NCBI GenBank assembly: GCA_000175855.1
Contig: ACYB01000038.1
Location: 94,243 to 126,242, forward strand
Source of the DNA: Raphidiopsis brookii D9
Lineage (GTDB): Bacteria; Cyanobacteriota; Cyanobacteriia; Cyanobacteriales; Nostocaceae
Length of the DNA: 32,000 nucleotides
Reading direction: 5' to 3'
Shown: positions 7,206 to 18,785 of the stretch, one piece after another
How positions within the stretch are numbered: position 1 is the first letter of the stretch
Layout: each line of letters opens with the position of its first letter
Position numbers and translations under genes: made by a program
The notes under the pieces: model-generated
What the model was told of the DNA's origin: nothing
Seen by the model: only the letters and a program-made list of their open reading frames with translations
Databases searched by the model: none

Positions 7206-8555
7206 GTGCTAACACAAGATGTTCGCAACGCTTTGGATGTTGCTGACTTAAACAAACTCAAATATGATTTAAATAGTCTCCAACCGGTAGACGTAGGAGA
7301 GTATATTTCAGAATTGCCAGAACAACAAAGGGCGATCGCATTTAGGTTGTTAAACAAAAATCAGGCCATTGATGTTTTTGAGTACTTACCTACAGATGTG
7401 CAGGAGGAACTGATTAATTCCTTGCATGATGTTCAGGTGGTACATTTAGTAGAAGAAATGAGTCCTGATGAAAGAGCGTATTTATTTGATGAATTACCTG
7501 CAGGGGTAGTTAAAAGACTATTACAACAACTTAGTCCGGAACAAAGACAAGCAACCGCGACAATTTTGGGATATCCCGAAGGTACCGCAGGTAGAGTCAT
7601 GACTACAGAGTATGTCCGGTTGCGTCAAGGATTAACAGTGGGGGAAGCATTAAGTAAAATTCGTCTTCAAGATGAAGATAAAGAAACTATTTACTATGCT
7701 TATGTAACCGATGATAACCGTAAGTTAGTGAGTGTAGTCTCTTTGCGTCAGTTGTTATTCACCTTTCCAGAAGTTTTCATCAGGGATATTGCTAGTTCCC
7801 AGGTAGTGAAAGTGACTACAGAAACTCCCCAAGAAGAAGTGGCGCGGATCATGCAGCGTTATGATTTAATTGCCATACCCGTAGTGGATCGGGAGGATAG
7901 ATTAGTAGGAATTATCACTATTGATGATGTGGTTGATATTTTACAAGAGGAGGCCACAGAGGATATTCAAAAATTGGCAGCGGTAAGTGGTGATGAAGAG
8001 GCCTTATCCCCACCCCATTTGACCATTCGCAAACGCTTACCCTGGTTATTGGGGATTATGGCATTGTATATTGGTGCAGCTAGTGCGATCGCTCCTTTTC
8101 AAAAAGTAATTGCTGCGGTTCCGGTTTTAGCGGTGATTATGCCCATATTTTCTAATACTGGAGGAACCGTGGGTATTCAGGCCTTAACCGTGACAATTCG
8201 GGGTTTAGGTGTGGGAGAGGTGACCACAAAGGATGCTGGGAAAATTTTGCGGAAGGAACTCATAGCAGGTCTAGGAACTTCCTTGGCTTTGGGTTCAACC
8301 ATGGTTCTACTTTCTTTGATTTGGGCAAAACCTGATGAAAAGTGGGTAGCTTTAATTGCTGGAATAGTAATGGCCACTAACACCATGGTTGCTGTGAGTT
8401 TGGGGACTTTATTACCCATGGGATTACAAAGGCTAAAATTAGATCCAGCTTTAATGAGTGGTCCACTGGTGACAACTATGTTGGATACTATTGGTTTTTT
8501 AACCTTCTTGAGCATGATTTCCCTTGCTTTGAAAGTATTTAATTTAAGCTATTAG
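7206..8555 (+). CDS. mgtE: Magnesium transporter MgtE
   Basis: 449 aa with a GTG start preceded by a strong SD. It has an MgtE N-domain, a CBS pair (...[25 protein letters not shown]...) and a C-terminal 5-TM domain with the [16 protein letters not shown] motif. Confidence 0.93.
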   Translation: MLTQDVRNALDVADLNKLKYDLNSLQPVDVGEYISELPEQQRAIAFRLLNKNQAIDVFEYLPTDVQEELINSLHDVQVVHLVEEMSPDERAYLFDELPAGVVKRLLQQLSPEQRQATATILGYPEGTAGRVMTTEYVRLRQGLTVGEALSKIRLQDEDKETIYYAYVTDDNRKLVSVVSLRQLLFTFPEVFIRDIASSQVVKVTTETPQEEVARIMQRYDLIAIPVVDREDRLVGIITIDDVVDILQEEATEDIQKLAAVSGDEEALSPPHLTIRKRLPWLLGIMALYIGAASAIAPFQKVIAAVPVLAVIMPIFSNTGGTVGIQALTVTIRGLGVGEVTTKDAGKILRKELIAGLGTSLALGSTMVLLSLIWAKPDEKWVALIAGIVMATNTMVAVSLGTLLPMGLQRLKLDPALMSGPLVTTMLDTIGFLTFLSMISLALKVFNLSY

Positions 8556-8586
8556 AGCTATTAAGCAGTATTATTTTCAGTTTAAC

Positions 8587-9588
8587 ATGTCAACGCCCGC
8601 AAATAATTGGAATCGTCATCATATTCTTTCTCTAGCTGATTTTACTGTAAATGAATATAATGCTGTTTTACAAACAGCAGCTTCATTTAAAGAAGTGTTA
8701 TCACGACGAACTAAAAAAGTCCCCACTTTACAAGGACAAGTGGTAGCCAATCTCTTTTTTGAACCTTCCACCCGCACCAGAAGTAGTTTTGAAATAGCTG
8801 CTAAAAGGCTAAGTGCAGATACTCTAAATTTCTCTAGTGCTAGTTCCTCTATGACCAAGGGAGAAACAATTTTAGATACAGCTAAAACCTATTTAGCCAT
8901 GGGTACAGATATTATGGTGATTCGCCATAAAGAAGCAGGAGTACCACAGGCGATCGCCCGGGAAATGGATCGTTTAGGTGTAAAAGTTAGTGTATTAAAT
9001 GCTGGTGATGGCCAACATGAACATCCCTCCCAAGGACTATTAGATTTATTCACAATTTGTAGTTTAATTGATCCAGAACAACCCAAAATTGAATCATTAG
9101 CAGGTAAAAAGATTGCCATTATAGGTGACATTTTACACTCACGGGTTGCCAGGTCTAATATTTGGAGTTTGACCACCAGTGGTGCCCAAGTACATCTAGC
9201 AGCACCACCAACCTTACTACCCAAATACTTTAGTGAGTATGTAGGATCACAGGGAAATTCCCGGAGTTTATTCATCCATTGGCAATTGGATCCAGCTTTG
9301 GAGGATGCTGACTTTGTCATGACTTTAAGGTTGCAAAAAGAAAGGATGACTGGTAACCTGTTACCCAGTTTAAGAGAATATCATCAATTATTTGGCATTA
9401 CCAGGCAGAGATTAAAAGCTTGTAAACCTCAAGTAAAAGTACTACATCCAGGTCCAGTAAATAGGGGTGTGGAAATCAGTTCAGATTTAATGGACGATCC
9501 AGAATTCAGCCTAATTCAAGATCAGGTGACTAGTGGTGTAGCTGTGCGCATGGCACTATTGTATTTTATTGGTGGTGGGAAAGGTTAG
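8587..9588 (+). CDS. pyrB: Aspartate carbamoyltransferase catalytic subunit
   Basis: Motifs [23 protein letters not shown] and [12 protein letters not shown] in a 333-aa ORF. Confidence 0.95.
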   Translation: MSTPANNWNRHHILSLADFTVNEYNAVLQTAASFKEVLSRRTKKVPTLQGQVVANLFFEPSTRTRSSFEIAAKRLSADTLNFSSASSSMTKGETILDTAKTYLAMGTDIMVIRHKEAGVPQAIAREMDRLGVKVSVLNAGDGQHEHPSQGLLDLFTICSLIDPEQPKIESLAGKKIAIIGDILHSRVARSNIWSLTTSGAQVHLAAPPTLLPKYFSEYVGSQGNSRSLFIHWQLDPALEDADFVMTLRLQKERMTGNLLPSLREYHQLFGITRQRLKACKPQVKVLHPGPVNRGVEISSDLMDDPEFSLIQDQVTSGVAVRMALLYFIGGGKG

Positions 9589-9644
9589 ACCAAATAACAA
9601 AAATGGTAAGATGAAAGTGAAAGCCAAATCCAAACACAACGACA

Positions 9645-12083
9645 ATGCGTATCTCTTTCAATTGGTTACGGGAACTCGTAGAAATTAAACTAACTCCGGA
9701 AGAACTAGCTCATACCCTAACAATGGCGGGGTTTGAGGTGGAGAGTATAGAGGATCGTCGCACTTGGGCGGATGGCGTTGTCATAGGGAAAGTTATAAAA
9801 CGGGAGCAGCATCCAAACGCGGACAAGTTAAGTGTTTGCACAGTAGATATAGGCAGTGAGGAAACACTAAATATTGTTTGTGGCGCATCAAATGTGTGTG
9901 CTGATATTTACGTGCCAGTTGCGACCAAGGGGACTTATTTGCCCAATATTGATTTAAAAATCAAACCGACGAAGCTCAGAGGTGTACCTTCCAACGGGAT
10001 GATTTGTTCATTAAAAGAATTGGGTTTACCCACAGACATAGACGGGATTCATATTTTCAGACAAGAGGGTTTAACCCTAGGTAGGGAAGTAGGTCCCATC
10101 CTAGGTTTGGACGATGTGATTTTAGATGTCACAGCTACCGCTAATCGTGCAGATGCTTTATCCATGGTAGGGATTGCCAGGGAAATTGCAGCATTAACGG
10201 GTGGAAAGCTATCCCTTCCTCAACTAACAGGAGTAGAAATTACCCCCAGCACTGGGCAAAAAATCCGGGTGAAAATTTCTGAACAGCACGCTTGTCCTCT
10301 ATATATTGGTACCCTAATAGAAAACGTGAAAATTGCTGCTTCTCCTGAATGGTTGCAAAGACGTTTAATTGCTGCGGGTGTACGTCCAATTAACAACATA
10401 GTAGATATTACAAATTATGTGTTATTAGAAAGAGGACAACCTCTACACGCTTTTGATAAATCCAGATTAGAGCAGGTAGGTGGGGGAACAGATGTAACTA
10501 TTGGTGTGAGATTTGCTCAAGCTGGAGAAACTCTCAAAACCCTAGATGGACAAACCCGGAACTTATCTACTCAGAACTTATTAATTACCGCTAACAATCA
10601 ACCGGTAGCTCTAGCAGGGGTTATGGGTGGGGAAGAAACAGAGATTCATCCAGGTACAACTAGTTTATTTTTAGAAGCTGCACTATTCAATTCAGTCGCT
10701 ATTCGTCGTTCCTCTCGTAGTGTGGGTTTAAGAAGTGAAGCATCAGGAAGATACGAAAGAGGAGTCAATTGGGCAGAATTAGCAATAGCTTCTGACCGAG
10801 CTTTATCTCTCATGCAGGAGTTAGCAGATGCTAAAGTTGTTCATCAAGAAACTTCTGATTACCGTCCCGATAATGCTCTAAAGAATCATCCCATTATTTT
10901 GCGATTAGAGAGAATTAATCAAGTGTTAGGTCCCATTGATTTGGGCGCAGAAACGGGAGAGTTAAAAGCAGCAGATGTGGAAAGGATTCTCACAGCTTTA
11001 GGATGCGAACTAACTGATAATCAGGATGGTAGTTGGCAAGTGAAAGTACCATCTTATCGCTATTCCGATTTGGAAAGGGAAATTGATTTAATTGAAGAAA
11101 TTGCCCGACTTTACGGTTATGATAACTTTGTTGATACTCTACCAGAAAAAACGGAACCGGGTTATTTACCCTTAGACCAGGAACTACTGCGAAAATTACG
11201 TGGTTATTTAAGAGCAGAGGGTTTAACAGAGTTAATGCACTACTCCTTAGTCAAACCCGGTGAAGACAGGCAAATTCTTTTAAATAATCCTTTATTTACC
11301 GAATATTCAGCCCTGAGAACCGACTTGATTTCTGGTTTAATTGATGCTTTTGAATATAATCTACAGCAAGGAAATGGGGCGTTAAATGGTTTTGAAATTG
11401 GCACCATTTTCTCTAGAGAAGAAGAAGGACTAGAAGAATCACAAGTCATTGCAGGAATTATGGGAGGTGATACTACCGTCGGTAGATGGTTCAATGGTGG
11501 AAAAGAAAATCCCATGACCTGGTTCGCAGCAAAAGGTATTTTAGAAAATGTCTTTCAACAACTGGGAATGCAGGTAGAATTTCAACCAGAAAATCGAGAT
11601 AGAAGGTTACATCCCGGAAGGACAGCTTCCTTATGGTTAGGAGGAGCTAGACTGGGAACTTTTGGACAAGTTCATCCCCAACTCAGACGAGAAAAGAGTT
11701 TACCAGATGCAGTTTATGTCTTCCAATTAGATTTGGATACCTTACTCAGTACCCTGGATAATGATGAATTATTGATTCCTAAATTTAAACCCTATTCTAC
11801 CTATCCCGCAAGCGATCGCGATTTGGCGTTTTTCGCGTCTGTAAAAGTTACGGTTGGGGAGATTGAAAAGGTAATTACTAAAGCTGGTAAGGGGTTGCTA
11901 GAGTCTGTAGAAGTCTTTGATGAATACAGAGGTGAAAATGTCCCCATAGGACAAAGAAGTTTAGGTTTTCGGTTAGTTTATCGTGCGGTTGACCACACTT
12001 TGACTGATAATGAGGTTGAACCAATACACCATAAAATTCGAGAATCCCTAGTAGAAAAATTCGGTGTTACTTTGAGAAGTTAA
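9645..12083 (+). CDS. pheT: Phenylalanine--tRNA ligase beta subunit
   Basis: 812 aa. The N-terminal tRNA-binding domain reads [15 protein letters not shown]. The B3/4 and B5 regions and the C-terminal FDX-ACB-like end ([10 protein letters not shown]...) are present. Confidence 0.95.
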   Translation: MRISFNWLRELVEIKLTPEELAHTLTMAGFEVESIEDRRTWADGVVIGKVIKREQHPNADKLSVCTVDIGSEETLNIVCGASNVCADIYVPVATKGTYLPNIDLKIKPTKLRGVPSNGMICSLKELGLPTDIDGIHIFRQEGLTLGREVGPILGLDDVILDVTATANRADALSMVGIAREIAALTGGKLSLPQLTGVEITPSTGQKIRVKISEQHACPLYIGTLIENVKIAASPEWLQRRLIAAGVRPINNIVDITNYVLLERGQPLHAFDKSRLEQVGGGTDVTIGVRFAQAGETLKTLDGQTRNLSTQNLLITANNQPVALAGVMGGEETEIHPGTTSLFLEAALFNSVAIRRSSRSVGLRSEASGRYERGVNWAELAIASDRALSLMQELADAKVVHQETSDYRPDNALKNHPIILRLERINQVLGPIDLGAETGELKAADVERILTALGCELTDNQDGSWQVKVPSYRYSDLEREIDLIEEIARLYGYDNFVDTLPEKTEPGYLPLDQELLRKLRGYLRAEGLTELMHYSLVKPGEDRQILLNNPLFTEYSALRTDLISGLIDAFEYNLQQGNGALNGFEIGTIFSREEEGLEESQVIAGIMGGDTTVGRWFNGGKENPMTWFAAKGILENVFQQLGMQVEFQPENRDRRLHPGRTASLWLGGARLGTFGQVHPQLRREKSLPDAVYVFQLDLDTLLSTLDNDELLIPKFKPYSTYPASDRDLAFFASVKVTVGEIEKVITKAGKGLLESVEVFDEYRGENVPIGQRSLGFRLVYRAVDHTLTDNEVEPIHHKIRESLVEKFGVTLRS

Positions 12084-12140
12084 CTCCCTAGGGAGCAGCA
12101 GATTAAGCTTAACAACTACAAATATCAGAGGAAGAAGATC

Positions 12141-12411
12141 ATGGCAAAATATATTATGTGGGGTAGTTATTGCGAAGAGGTTTTAACCAAACGGGAACCT
12201 TATCGTCAAGCGCATCTAGAGGGACTGGCAAAACAAAAAGGATGCGGGAATACTAATTACCATAGGTCCCACTAAGGATATTACTAAGGTCTTTGGTATT
12301 TATGAAGCTGAGAGCGAAAGCGCCGTGAGTCAACTCATAGAAGCTGACCCCTATTGGAAAAATGGTATTTGGACAGAGTATATAGTTAAAGAGTGGATTC
12401 AAGCTTTTTAA
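12141..12411 (+). pseudogene. YciI-like small protein gene interrupted by a single-nt (+1) frameshift; absent from the ORF track
   Basis: ATG 12141 reads MAKYIMWGSYCEEVLTKREPYRQAHLEGLAKQK... and hits TAA at 12273. The +1 frame continues GILITIGPTKDITKVFGIYEAESESAVSQLIEADPYWKNGIWTEYIVKEWIQAF* and ends at 12411. Total length is 271 nt (3n+1). The two halves together look like one roughly 90-aa YciI-family protein. Confidence 0.7.
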
Positions 12412-12429
12412 ACCAAATGTTTAAAAACT

Positions 12430-12642
12430 TCATCGTTTCAGTGCTCTTTTAAAATTGCGTCTAAAGGAGGTGTTGATCAGGTAGAAAACTGGCCACAGAA
12501 TACTAAATTTTAAGCGATTCAAAAATCTTTGACTGAAATGTGTTCTTTCAAAACCAAACCAGAACCGCCAAGCGAAAGCCAGATAAATAAAGGCAAGTCC
12601 AATAATTATTAGTTGCACCTTCTTACACTCCTGTAAAGACAT
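12430..12642 (-). CDS. Small hypothetical membrane protein (70 aa)
   Basis: The ORF has one clear hydrophobic helix (LIIIGLAFIYLAFAWRFWF) and a basic C-terminus. It has no family assignment and lies only 18 nt from the convergent YciI-like gene. Confidence 0.4.
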   Translation of the reverse strand: MSLQECKKVQLIIIGLAFIYLAFAWRFWFGFERTHFSQRFLNRLKFSILWPVFYLINTSFRRNFKRALKR

Positions 12643-12647
12643 GCCCA

Positions 12648-12676
12648 GTAATATGGATTCATAGAATCCATATTAC
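12648..12676. promoter_or_regulatory. Perfect 13-bp inverted repeat (operator or 5'-UTR hairpin candidate)
   Basis: GTAATATGGATTC-ata-GAATCCATATTAC starts 6 nt upstream of the ATG of the minus-strand small ORF (start codon at 12642-12640). Confidence 0.5.
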
Positions 12677-13031
12677 CAACTGTTTTAACCATTGTCAAGA
12701 GTAAAGGGACAAAAATTTTAAGAAATTTGCTGCGAGAACACGTAAAATTACGCATAATAATTTAATTGATTCATTATGAGGAATCGCTTATTGTATAATA
12801 ATCTGGTGTATAGCCAGAGACGAGCCATGATGCTCACCTAACCTAGTAGAGACTTGCTGAGAAAGAAGTCAATCATACAATCTTGAGGATCAGATAAGTA
12901 AATTTGCTAGACTTTTATAAGATGTCTCTTGTGGAAGTTCCTCAAAAGTCAAAATTAATAGGAGACTAAAAAAGAAGAGCCATATTTTATAACGAATCTA
13001 TATGCAATTCAGCTCGTCCACAGGAGGATTT

Positions 13032-15557
13032 ATGCGTGCAGTGCTAATGGCAGGTGGTTCAGGTACAAGACTACGTCCTTTAACCTGTGATCTACCCAAA
13101 CCAATGGTTCCCATCTTAAACAGACCAATTGCTGAACATATTATTCATCTTCTTCGAGAAAATGAAATTACGGAAATAATTGCCACATTACACTACTTAC
13201 CAGATGTAATTCGGGAATATTTTCAAGATGGTAGTGATTTTGGGGTGCAAATCACCTATGCAATTGAAGAAGAACAAGGTCTAGGCACAGCGGGTTGTGT
13301 TAAGAATGTAGCTGAACTATTAGACGAGACATTTTTAGTAATAAGTGGTGATAGCATTACAGATTTTGATTTAAAAGCAGCCATTGAGTTTCATAGGCAA
13401 AAAAACTCCAAGGCCACTTTAATATTAACCCGTGTTCCCAACCCAATTGAGTTTGGAGTGGTAATTACAGATGAGGAAGGACACATCAGAAGATTTTTAG
13501 AAAAACCTTCCACAGGGGAAGTTTTTTCCGACACGGTTAATACGGGCATTTATGTTTTAGAACCAGAAGTTTTAGAATACCTACCAGAAAATACGGAATC
13601 TGATTTTTCAAAAGACCTATTCCCCTTGCTATTAGAGAAAAATGAACCCATTTATGGTTATATTGCCCGAGGCTACTGGTGTGATGTAGGTCACCTAGAT
13701 GCCTACAGAGAAGCACAATATGATGCTTTAAGGAGGAAAGTGAAATTAGAGATTGCCTATAGGGAAGTTTCTCCCTCCCAATGGATAGGGCAAAATACTT
13801 ATATTGACCCCACAGCAAAAATTGAGAGTCCCACTATTATTGGTAATAATTGCCGAATTGGGGCCAGGGTAAAAATTGAGGATGGCACAGTAATTGGTGA
13901 TAATGTAACCATTGGTGCAGATGCGAATTTAAAACGTCCCATAGTCTGGAATGGAGCGATTATTGGGGAAGAAGCAGAACTATCTGCTTGTGTTATTTCC
14001 CGTGGTACTAGGGTAAACCGTCGTGCCCATGTAATGGAAGCTGCTATTGTGGGTTCCTTGTCTACGGTAGGAGAAGAGGCACAAATTAATCCAGGGATTC
14101 GGGTTTGGCCGAGTAAAAAGATTGAATCTGGTGCTGTTTTAAACATCAATTTGATATGGGGAAACACCGCTCAAAGAAACTTATTTGGTCAGCGAGGGGT
14201 ACAAGGTTTGGCAAACATTGATATTAGTCCAGAATTTGCTGTGAAACTAGGTGTAGCTTATGGTTCCACCTTAAAACCAGGTTCCATAGTCAGCGTTTCC
14301 CGTGATCAGCGCACCGTCTCACGCATGGTCACCCGTTCTCTGATTGCTGGGTTAATGTCCGTAGGGGTAGATATTCAAAATCTTGACTCCACTGCAATTC
14401 CCATTACTAGAACCGTAATTCCCAAAATGGCTTTAGTTGGTGGAATTCATGTGCGGGTGCACCCGGACCGTCCTGATTATATCCTGATTGAGTTTATGGA
14501 TGGTAAAGGAATTAATATTACTAAAGCTCAGGAAAAGAAAATTGAAGGCGCTTATTTTAAAGAGGACATGCGAAGGGCACAAAGTCATGAAATTGGAGAC
14601 GTGTCCTATCCTGGTCAAGTCATAGATTATTATTGTACAGCTTTTGAAAATCTTTTAAATGTAGAAACCTTACGTAATAGTCGAGCTAAGATTGTTATCG
14701 ACTATGTTTATGCTGTTTCTGGTGCTGTCCTACCCCAGCTGTTGGATAAATTTGGTGCGGATGCAGTAGTTTTAAATGCTAGTGTAAATAGAACATCAAT
14801 GACTATAACAACCAAAGAGGGTCTATTAACTCAATTAGGTCATGTAGTGGAAGCGTTGAAAGCGAACTTTGGTGTGCAGGTGTCCGCAAATGGGGAACAA
14901 CTAATTTTAGTGGATGAGTCTGGTTATCCCGTGCGGGGAGAAATGCTGACAGCATTAATGGTAGAAATGATGTTAACAGCTAATCCTCGAAGTTCTGTAG
15001 TTGTACCAGTTCATGCTTCGAGTGCAGTGGAACAGGTAGCACGTCGTCATGATGGTAGAGTAATTCGCACCAAAGCCAACCCTACAGCTTTAATGGAAGC
15101 TTGTCAGAAAAATCCCCATGTAGTATTAGGTGGTAGTGGAGAAACTGGTTTTATTTTCCCCCAATTACATCCTGGATTTGATTCCATGTTTTGCATTGCT
15201 AAATTAATTGAAATGTTAACAATTCAGGAGCGTTCCTTGACTGCTGTCCGGGGAGAGTTACCGCGAGTGATTCATAAAAACTCTACCATTCGTTGTCCTT
15301 GGATTACCAAAGGAGCTTTAATGCGTTATCTAGTGGAAACTCATCCCGCACACAACCTAGAATTGATTGACGGAGTAAAAATTTGCCAATCTTATGATGA
15401 CAGTTGGGTATTAGTATTACCAGATGCAAGTGAACCCTTAGTGCATTTATTTGTTAACAGTAGTGATAAGGAGTGGGCGGACGAAAATATGAGGATTTAC
15501 CGTTATCGTGTACAAACTTTTGTGGAACGCCAACAGGAACATTACGCAGAAGTTTAA
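13032..15557 (+). CDS. Sugar-1-phosphate nucleotidyltransferase / left-handed beta-helix / phosphohexomutase-like fusion protein
   Basis: The ORF is open from 13002, but AGGAGGA (13023-13029) precedes ATG 13032 (MRAVLMAGGSGTRLRPLT, the NTP-transferase signature). Hexapeptide repeats follow (IGNNCRIGARVKIEDGTVIGDNVTIGA...). The C-terminal ~450 aa have four-domain PGM/PMM-like organisation. Confidence 0.85.
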   Translation: MRAVLMAGGSGTRLRPLTCDLPKPMVPILNRPIAEHIIHLLRENEITEIIATLHYLPDVIREYFQDGSDFGVQITYAIEEEQGLGTAGCVKNVAELLDETFLVISGDSITDFDLKAAIEFHRQKNSKATLILTRVPNPIEFGVVITDEEGHIRRFLEKPSTGEVFSDTVNTGIYVLEPEVLEYLPENTESDFSKDLFPLLLEKNEPIYGYIARGYWCDVGHLDAYREAQYDALRRKVKLEIAYREVSPSQWIGQNTYIDPTAKIESPTIIGNNCRIGARVKIEDGTVIGDNVTIGADANLKRPIVWNGAIIGEEAELSACVISRGTRVNRRAHVMEAAIVGSLSTVGEEAQINPGIRVWPSKKIESGAVLNINLIWGNTAQRNLFGQRGVQGLANIDISPEFAVKLGVAYGSTLKPGSIVSVSRDQRTVSRMVTRSLIAGLMSVGVDIQNLDSTAIPITRTVIPKMALVGGIHVRVHPDRPDYILIEFMDGKGINITKAQEKKIEGAYFKEDMRRAQSHEIGDVSYPGQVIDYYCTAFENLLNVETLRNSRAKIVIDYVYAVSGAVLPQLLDKFGADAVVLNASVNRTSMTITTKEGLLTQLGHVVEALKANFGVQVSANGEQLILVDESGYPVRGEMLTALMVEMMLTANPRSSVVVPVHASSAVEQVARRHDGRVIRTKANPTALMEACQKNPHVVLGGSGETGFIFPQLHPGFDSMFCIAKLIEMLTIQERSLTAVRGELPRVIHKNSTIRCPWITKGALMRYLVETHPAHNLELIDGVKICQSYDDSWVLVLPDASEPLVHLFVNSSDKEWADENMRIYRYRVQTFVERQQEHYAEV

Positions 15558-15562
15558 ACTGG

Positions 15563-15595
15563 GAATTGTAGCAGGTAAGATGCCTGCCACAATTC
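15563..15595. terminator. Hairpin between convergent genes (putative bidirectional terminator)
   Basis: GAATTGTAGCAGG-taagatg-CCTGCCACAATTC pairs at 12 of 13 positions. It sits between the stop of the fusion gene (15557) and the stop of thiC (15617). Flanking U-tracts are weak. Confidence 0.5.
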
Positions 15596-15616
15596 ATTAC
15601 TTCGGATTTAGAAGAT

Positions 15617-17092
<1,476 letters not shown>

Positions 17093-17117
17093 GTACAATT
17101 TTAGCACGTGGAATTGA

Positions 17118-18020
17118 TCAACGATCTGGGCGCCATCTGGTTTGAAACCTTTCCCAGGATAATTTTAATTCTTCTGGCGGTGGATTTTTACCATCATAAA
17201 CCAAAATTACATTGGTCAGTTTTCTTGCTGGTGGGACCAAAATCACATTATCTGATGCTAAGGCTCTAGATGGTCCACCGTCTAAATTCATTGCTTCATA
17301 GCACCCTATAGCTTTCATTGCTTCAGCTTCTTCTTCTAAATATAACTTCTCATCGAAATTGGCTAAAAAAAGTCTTTTGCCGTCTTCAGAGAAACCAATT
17401 GCGGTTCTGAGACTAGTACCTAAAACAGCAGGGTCTTTAAAACCCTCAAGACGGGGATTGACCGAAACTTCACCATTGCGCAATAATCGTGGTCCAGAGG
17501 TAATAGAAAACCAGTGTTTATTCCATTCTGGTCTACCTTCAACCCTTGCTGTTATCATTTCTGGTTTATTACCAACACCCAATCCCAAAGTGGTGCCAAA
17601 GTTTTCCCATGGGCTATATTTTAAGGATCTTCCACCTGCGACCAGATTACCCATAACCGTTTTTTGGGGATTTGTGTAAGCAAAAGTACCATTCACCACC
17701 ACCGCAGCTCCAGAGCGAGCAACCAATTGGTCAAAATTCTCATCACCATTGGTTCTACTAATTGTATTGGCAAAATTGGCACTGTTGGGTAAACCAATGG
17801 TCAGAAGAATATTAGGATCTTCCAAATCAATGATTGTTTGATAAAATGGGATACCGTTAATTTGACTTCTATATGCTCGTACAGTCGGTATGATAGTTGG
17901 TGTCAGACTCGGTTGGCTGGGTGTAGTCGGTCTAACGGGCAAATCCAATCTCCAAACCTGGGTTAAAAAGGCACCTCCAAAAAGTAAAAAGGAGCGCCGA
18001 GGAACTTTAAACTTGGTCAT
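17118..18020 (-). CDS. Secreted phosphodiester glycosidase-family (DUF2233-like) protein
   Basis: 300 aa with an N-terminal signal-like segment (RRSFLLFGGAFLTQV). The AMNLDGGPS motif and overall pattern are typical of this family. The assignment rests on motif memory only. Confidence 0.6.
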   Translation of the reverse strand: MTKFKVPRRSFLLFGGAFLTQVWRLDLPVRPTTPSQPSLTPTIIPTVRAYRSQINGIPFYQTIIDLEDPNILLTIGLPNSANFANTISRTNGDENFDQLVARSGAAVVVNGTFAYTNPQKTVMGNLVAGGRSLKYSPWENFGTTLGLGVGNKPEMITARVEGRPEWNKHWFSITSGPRLLRNGEVSVNPRLEGFKDPAVLGTSLRTAIGFSEDGKRLFLANFDEKLYLEEEAEAMKAIGCYEAMNLDGGPSRALASDNVILVPPARKLTNVILVYDGKNPPPEELKLSWERFQTRWRPDR

Positions 18021-18053
18021 AATAAAACCTTGTCAAGTGTTGAAAGCTAAGAA

Positions 18054-18632
18054 ATGATGGCTCACAACTTCAAGTATATTATTTTTCATAAGCCCTATGG
18101 AGTCCTGAGCCAATTTACCCGGGAACTTCCTGAACATGTTACCCTCAAAGACTATATTGATGTCCCGGATGTATATCCTGTGGGACGTTTAGATTGGGAT
18201 AGCGAGGGGTTACTGTTACTCACCAATGATGGCAAATTACAACATCATATTGCCAACCCCCGTTTTGGTCACCAACGTACCTATTGGGTTCAGGTGGAAC
18301 GCATTCCTGACCCAGTAGCTATTGCTAAATTGGGCCAGGGAGTGGAAATTCAAAATTATCGCACTCTTCCTGCTCAGGTTAAACTGTTATTGGAAGAGCC
18401 AACTGTTGGTGAGCGTCACCCTCCCATCAGGTATAGGAAAAACGTTCCCACCGCTTGGTTGGAAATGACCCTCAAGGAAGGAAAAAACCGTCAAGTTAGA
18501 CGTATGACCGCTGCTGTGGGTTTTCCTACCTTAAGGTTAATTAGAATCCGTATAGCTCAACTACAATTAGATGATTTACCGGTGGGTACCTGGCGCTATC
18601 TTGGCCCTGTCGAGGTCAATTTAATTGTTTAA
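18054..18632 (+). CDS. rluE: RluE-type rRNA pseudouridine synthase (no S4 domain)
   Basis: The sequence is collinear with E. coli RluE as I remember it. Matching segments are FHKPYGVLSQFT, the catalytic GRLDWDSEGLLLLTNDG, YWVQVE, PPIRYRKNVPTAWLEMTLKEGKNRQVRRMTAAVGFPTLRLIR. Confidence 0.8.
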   Translation: MMAHNFKYIIFHKPYGVLSQFTRELPEHVTLKDYIDVPDVYPVGRLDWDSEGLLLLTNDGKLQHHIANPRFGHQRTYWVQVERIPDPVAIAKLGQGVEIQNYRTLPAQVKLLLEEPTVGERHPPIRYRKNVPTAWLEMTLKEGKNRQVRRMTAAVGFPTLRLIRIRIAQLQLDDLPVGTWRYLGPVEVNLIV

Positions 18633-18735
18633 TGGAGAAATCGCTGGTAAGCTATTGCTCAAGAGCATAAATAATTTTAAAAACTATTATGGTTGACCAC
18701 AGTTTTTCCCTAACAAAAGAGCTTTTGCACTACTT

Positions 18736-18766
18736 AAAAAGCGATCGCCCCAGACGATCGCTTTTT
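18736..18766. terminator. Bidirectional intrinsic terminator built on a HIP1 site
   Basis: AAAAAGCGATCG-ccccaga-CGATCGCTTTTT has perfect 12-nt arms, with a GC core flanked by A5 and T5. It lies between convergent rluE-like (stop 18632) and ctaB (stop 18786). Confidence 0.8.
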
Positions 18767-18785
18767 GTTTGTCTGGAGAAAGTTC

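Noticed and set aside
12084-12095. The palindrome CTCCCTAGGGAG right after the pheT stop, as a terminator.
   Set aside because: As RNA it gives only a 5-bp stem with a 2-nt loop and no U-tract. This is sterically and energetically implausible as an intrinsic terminator.
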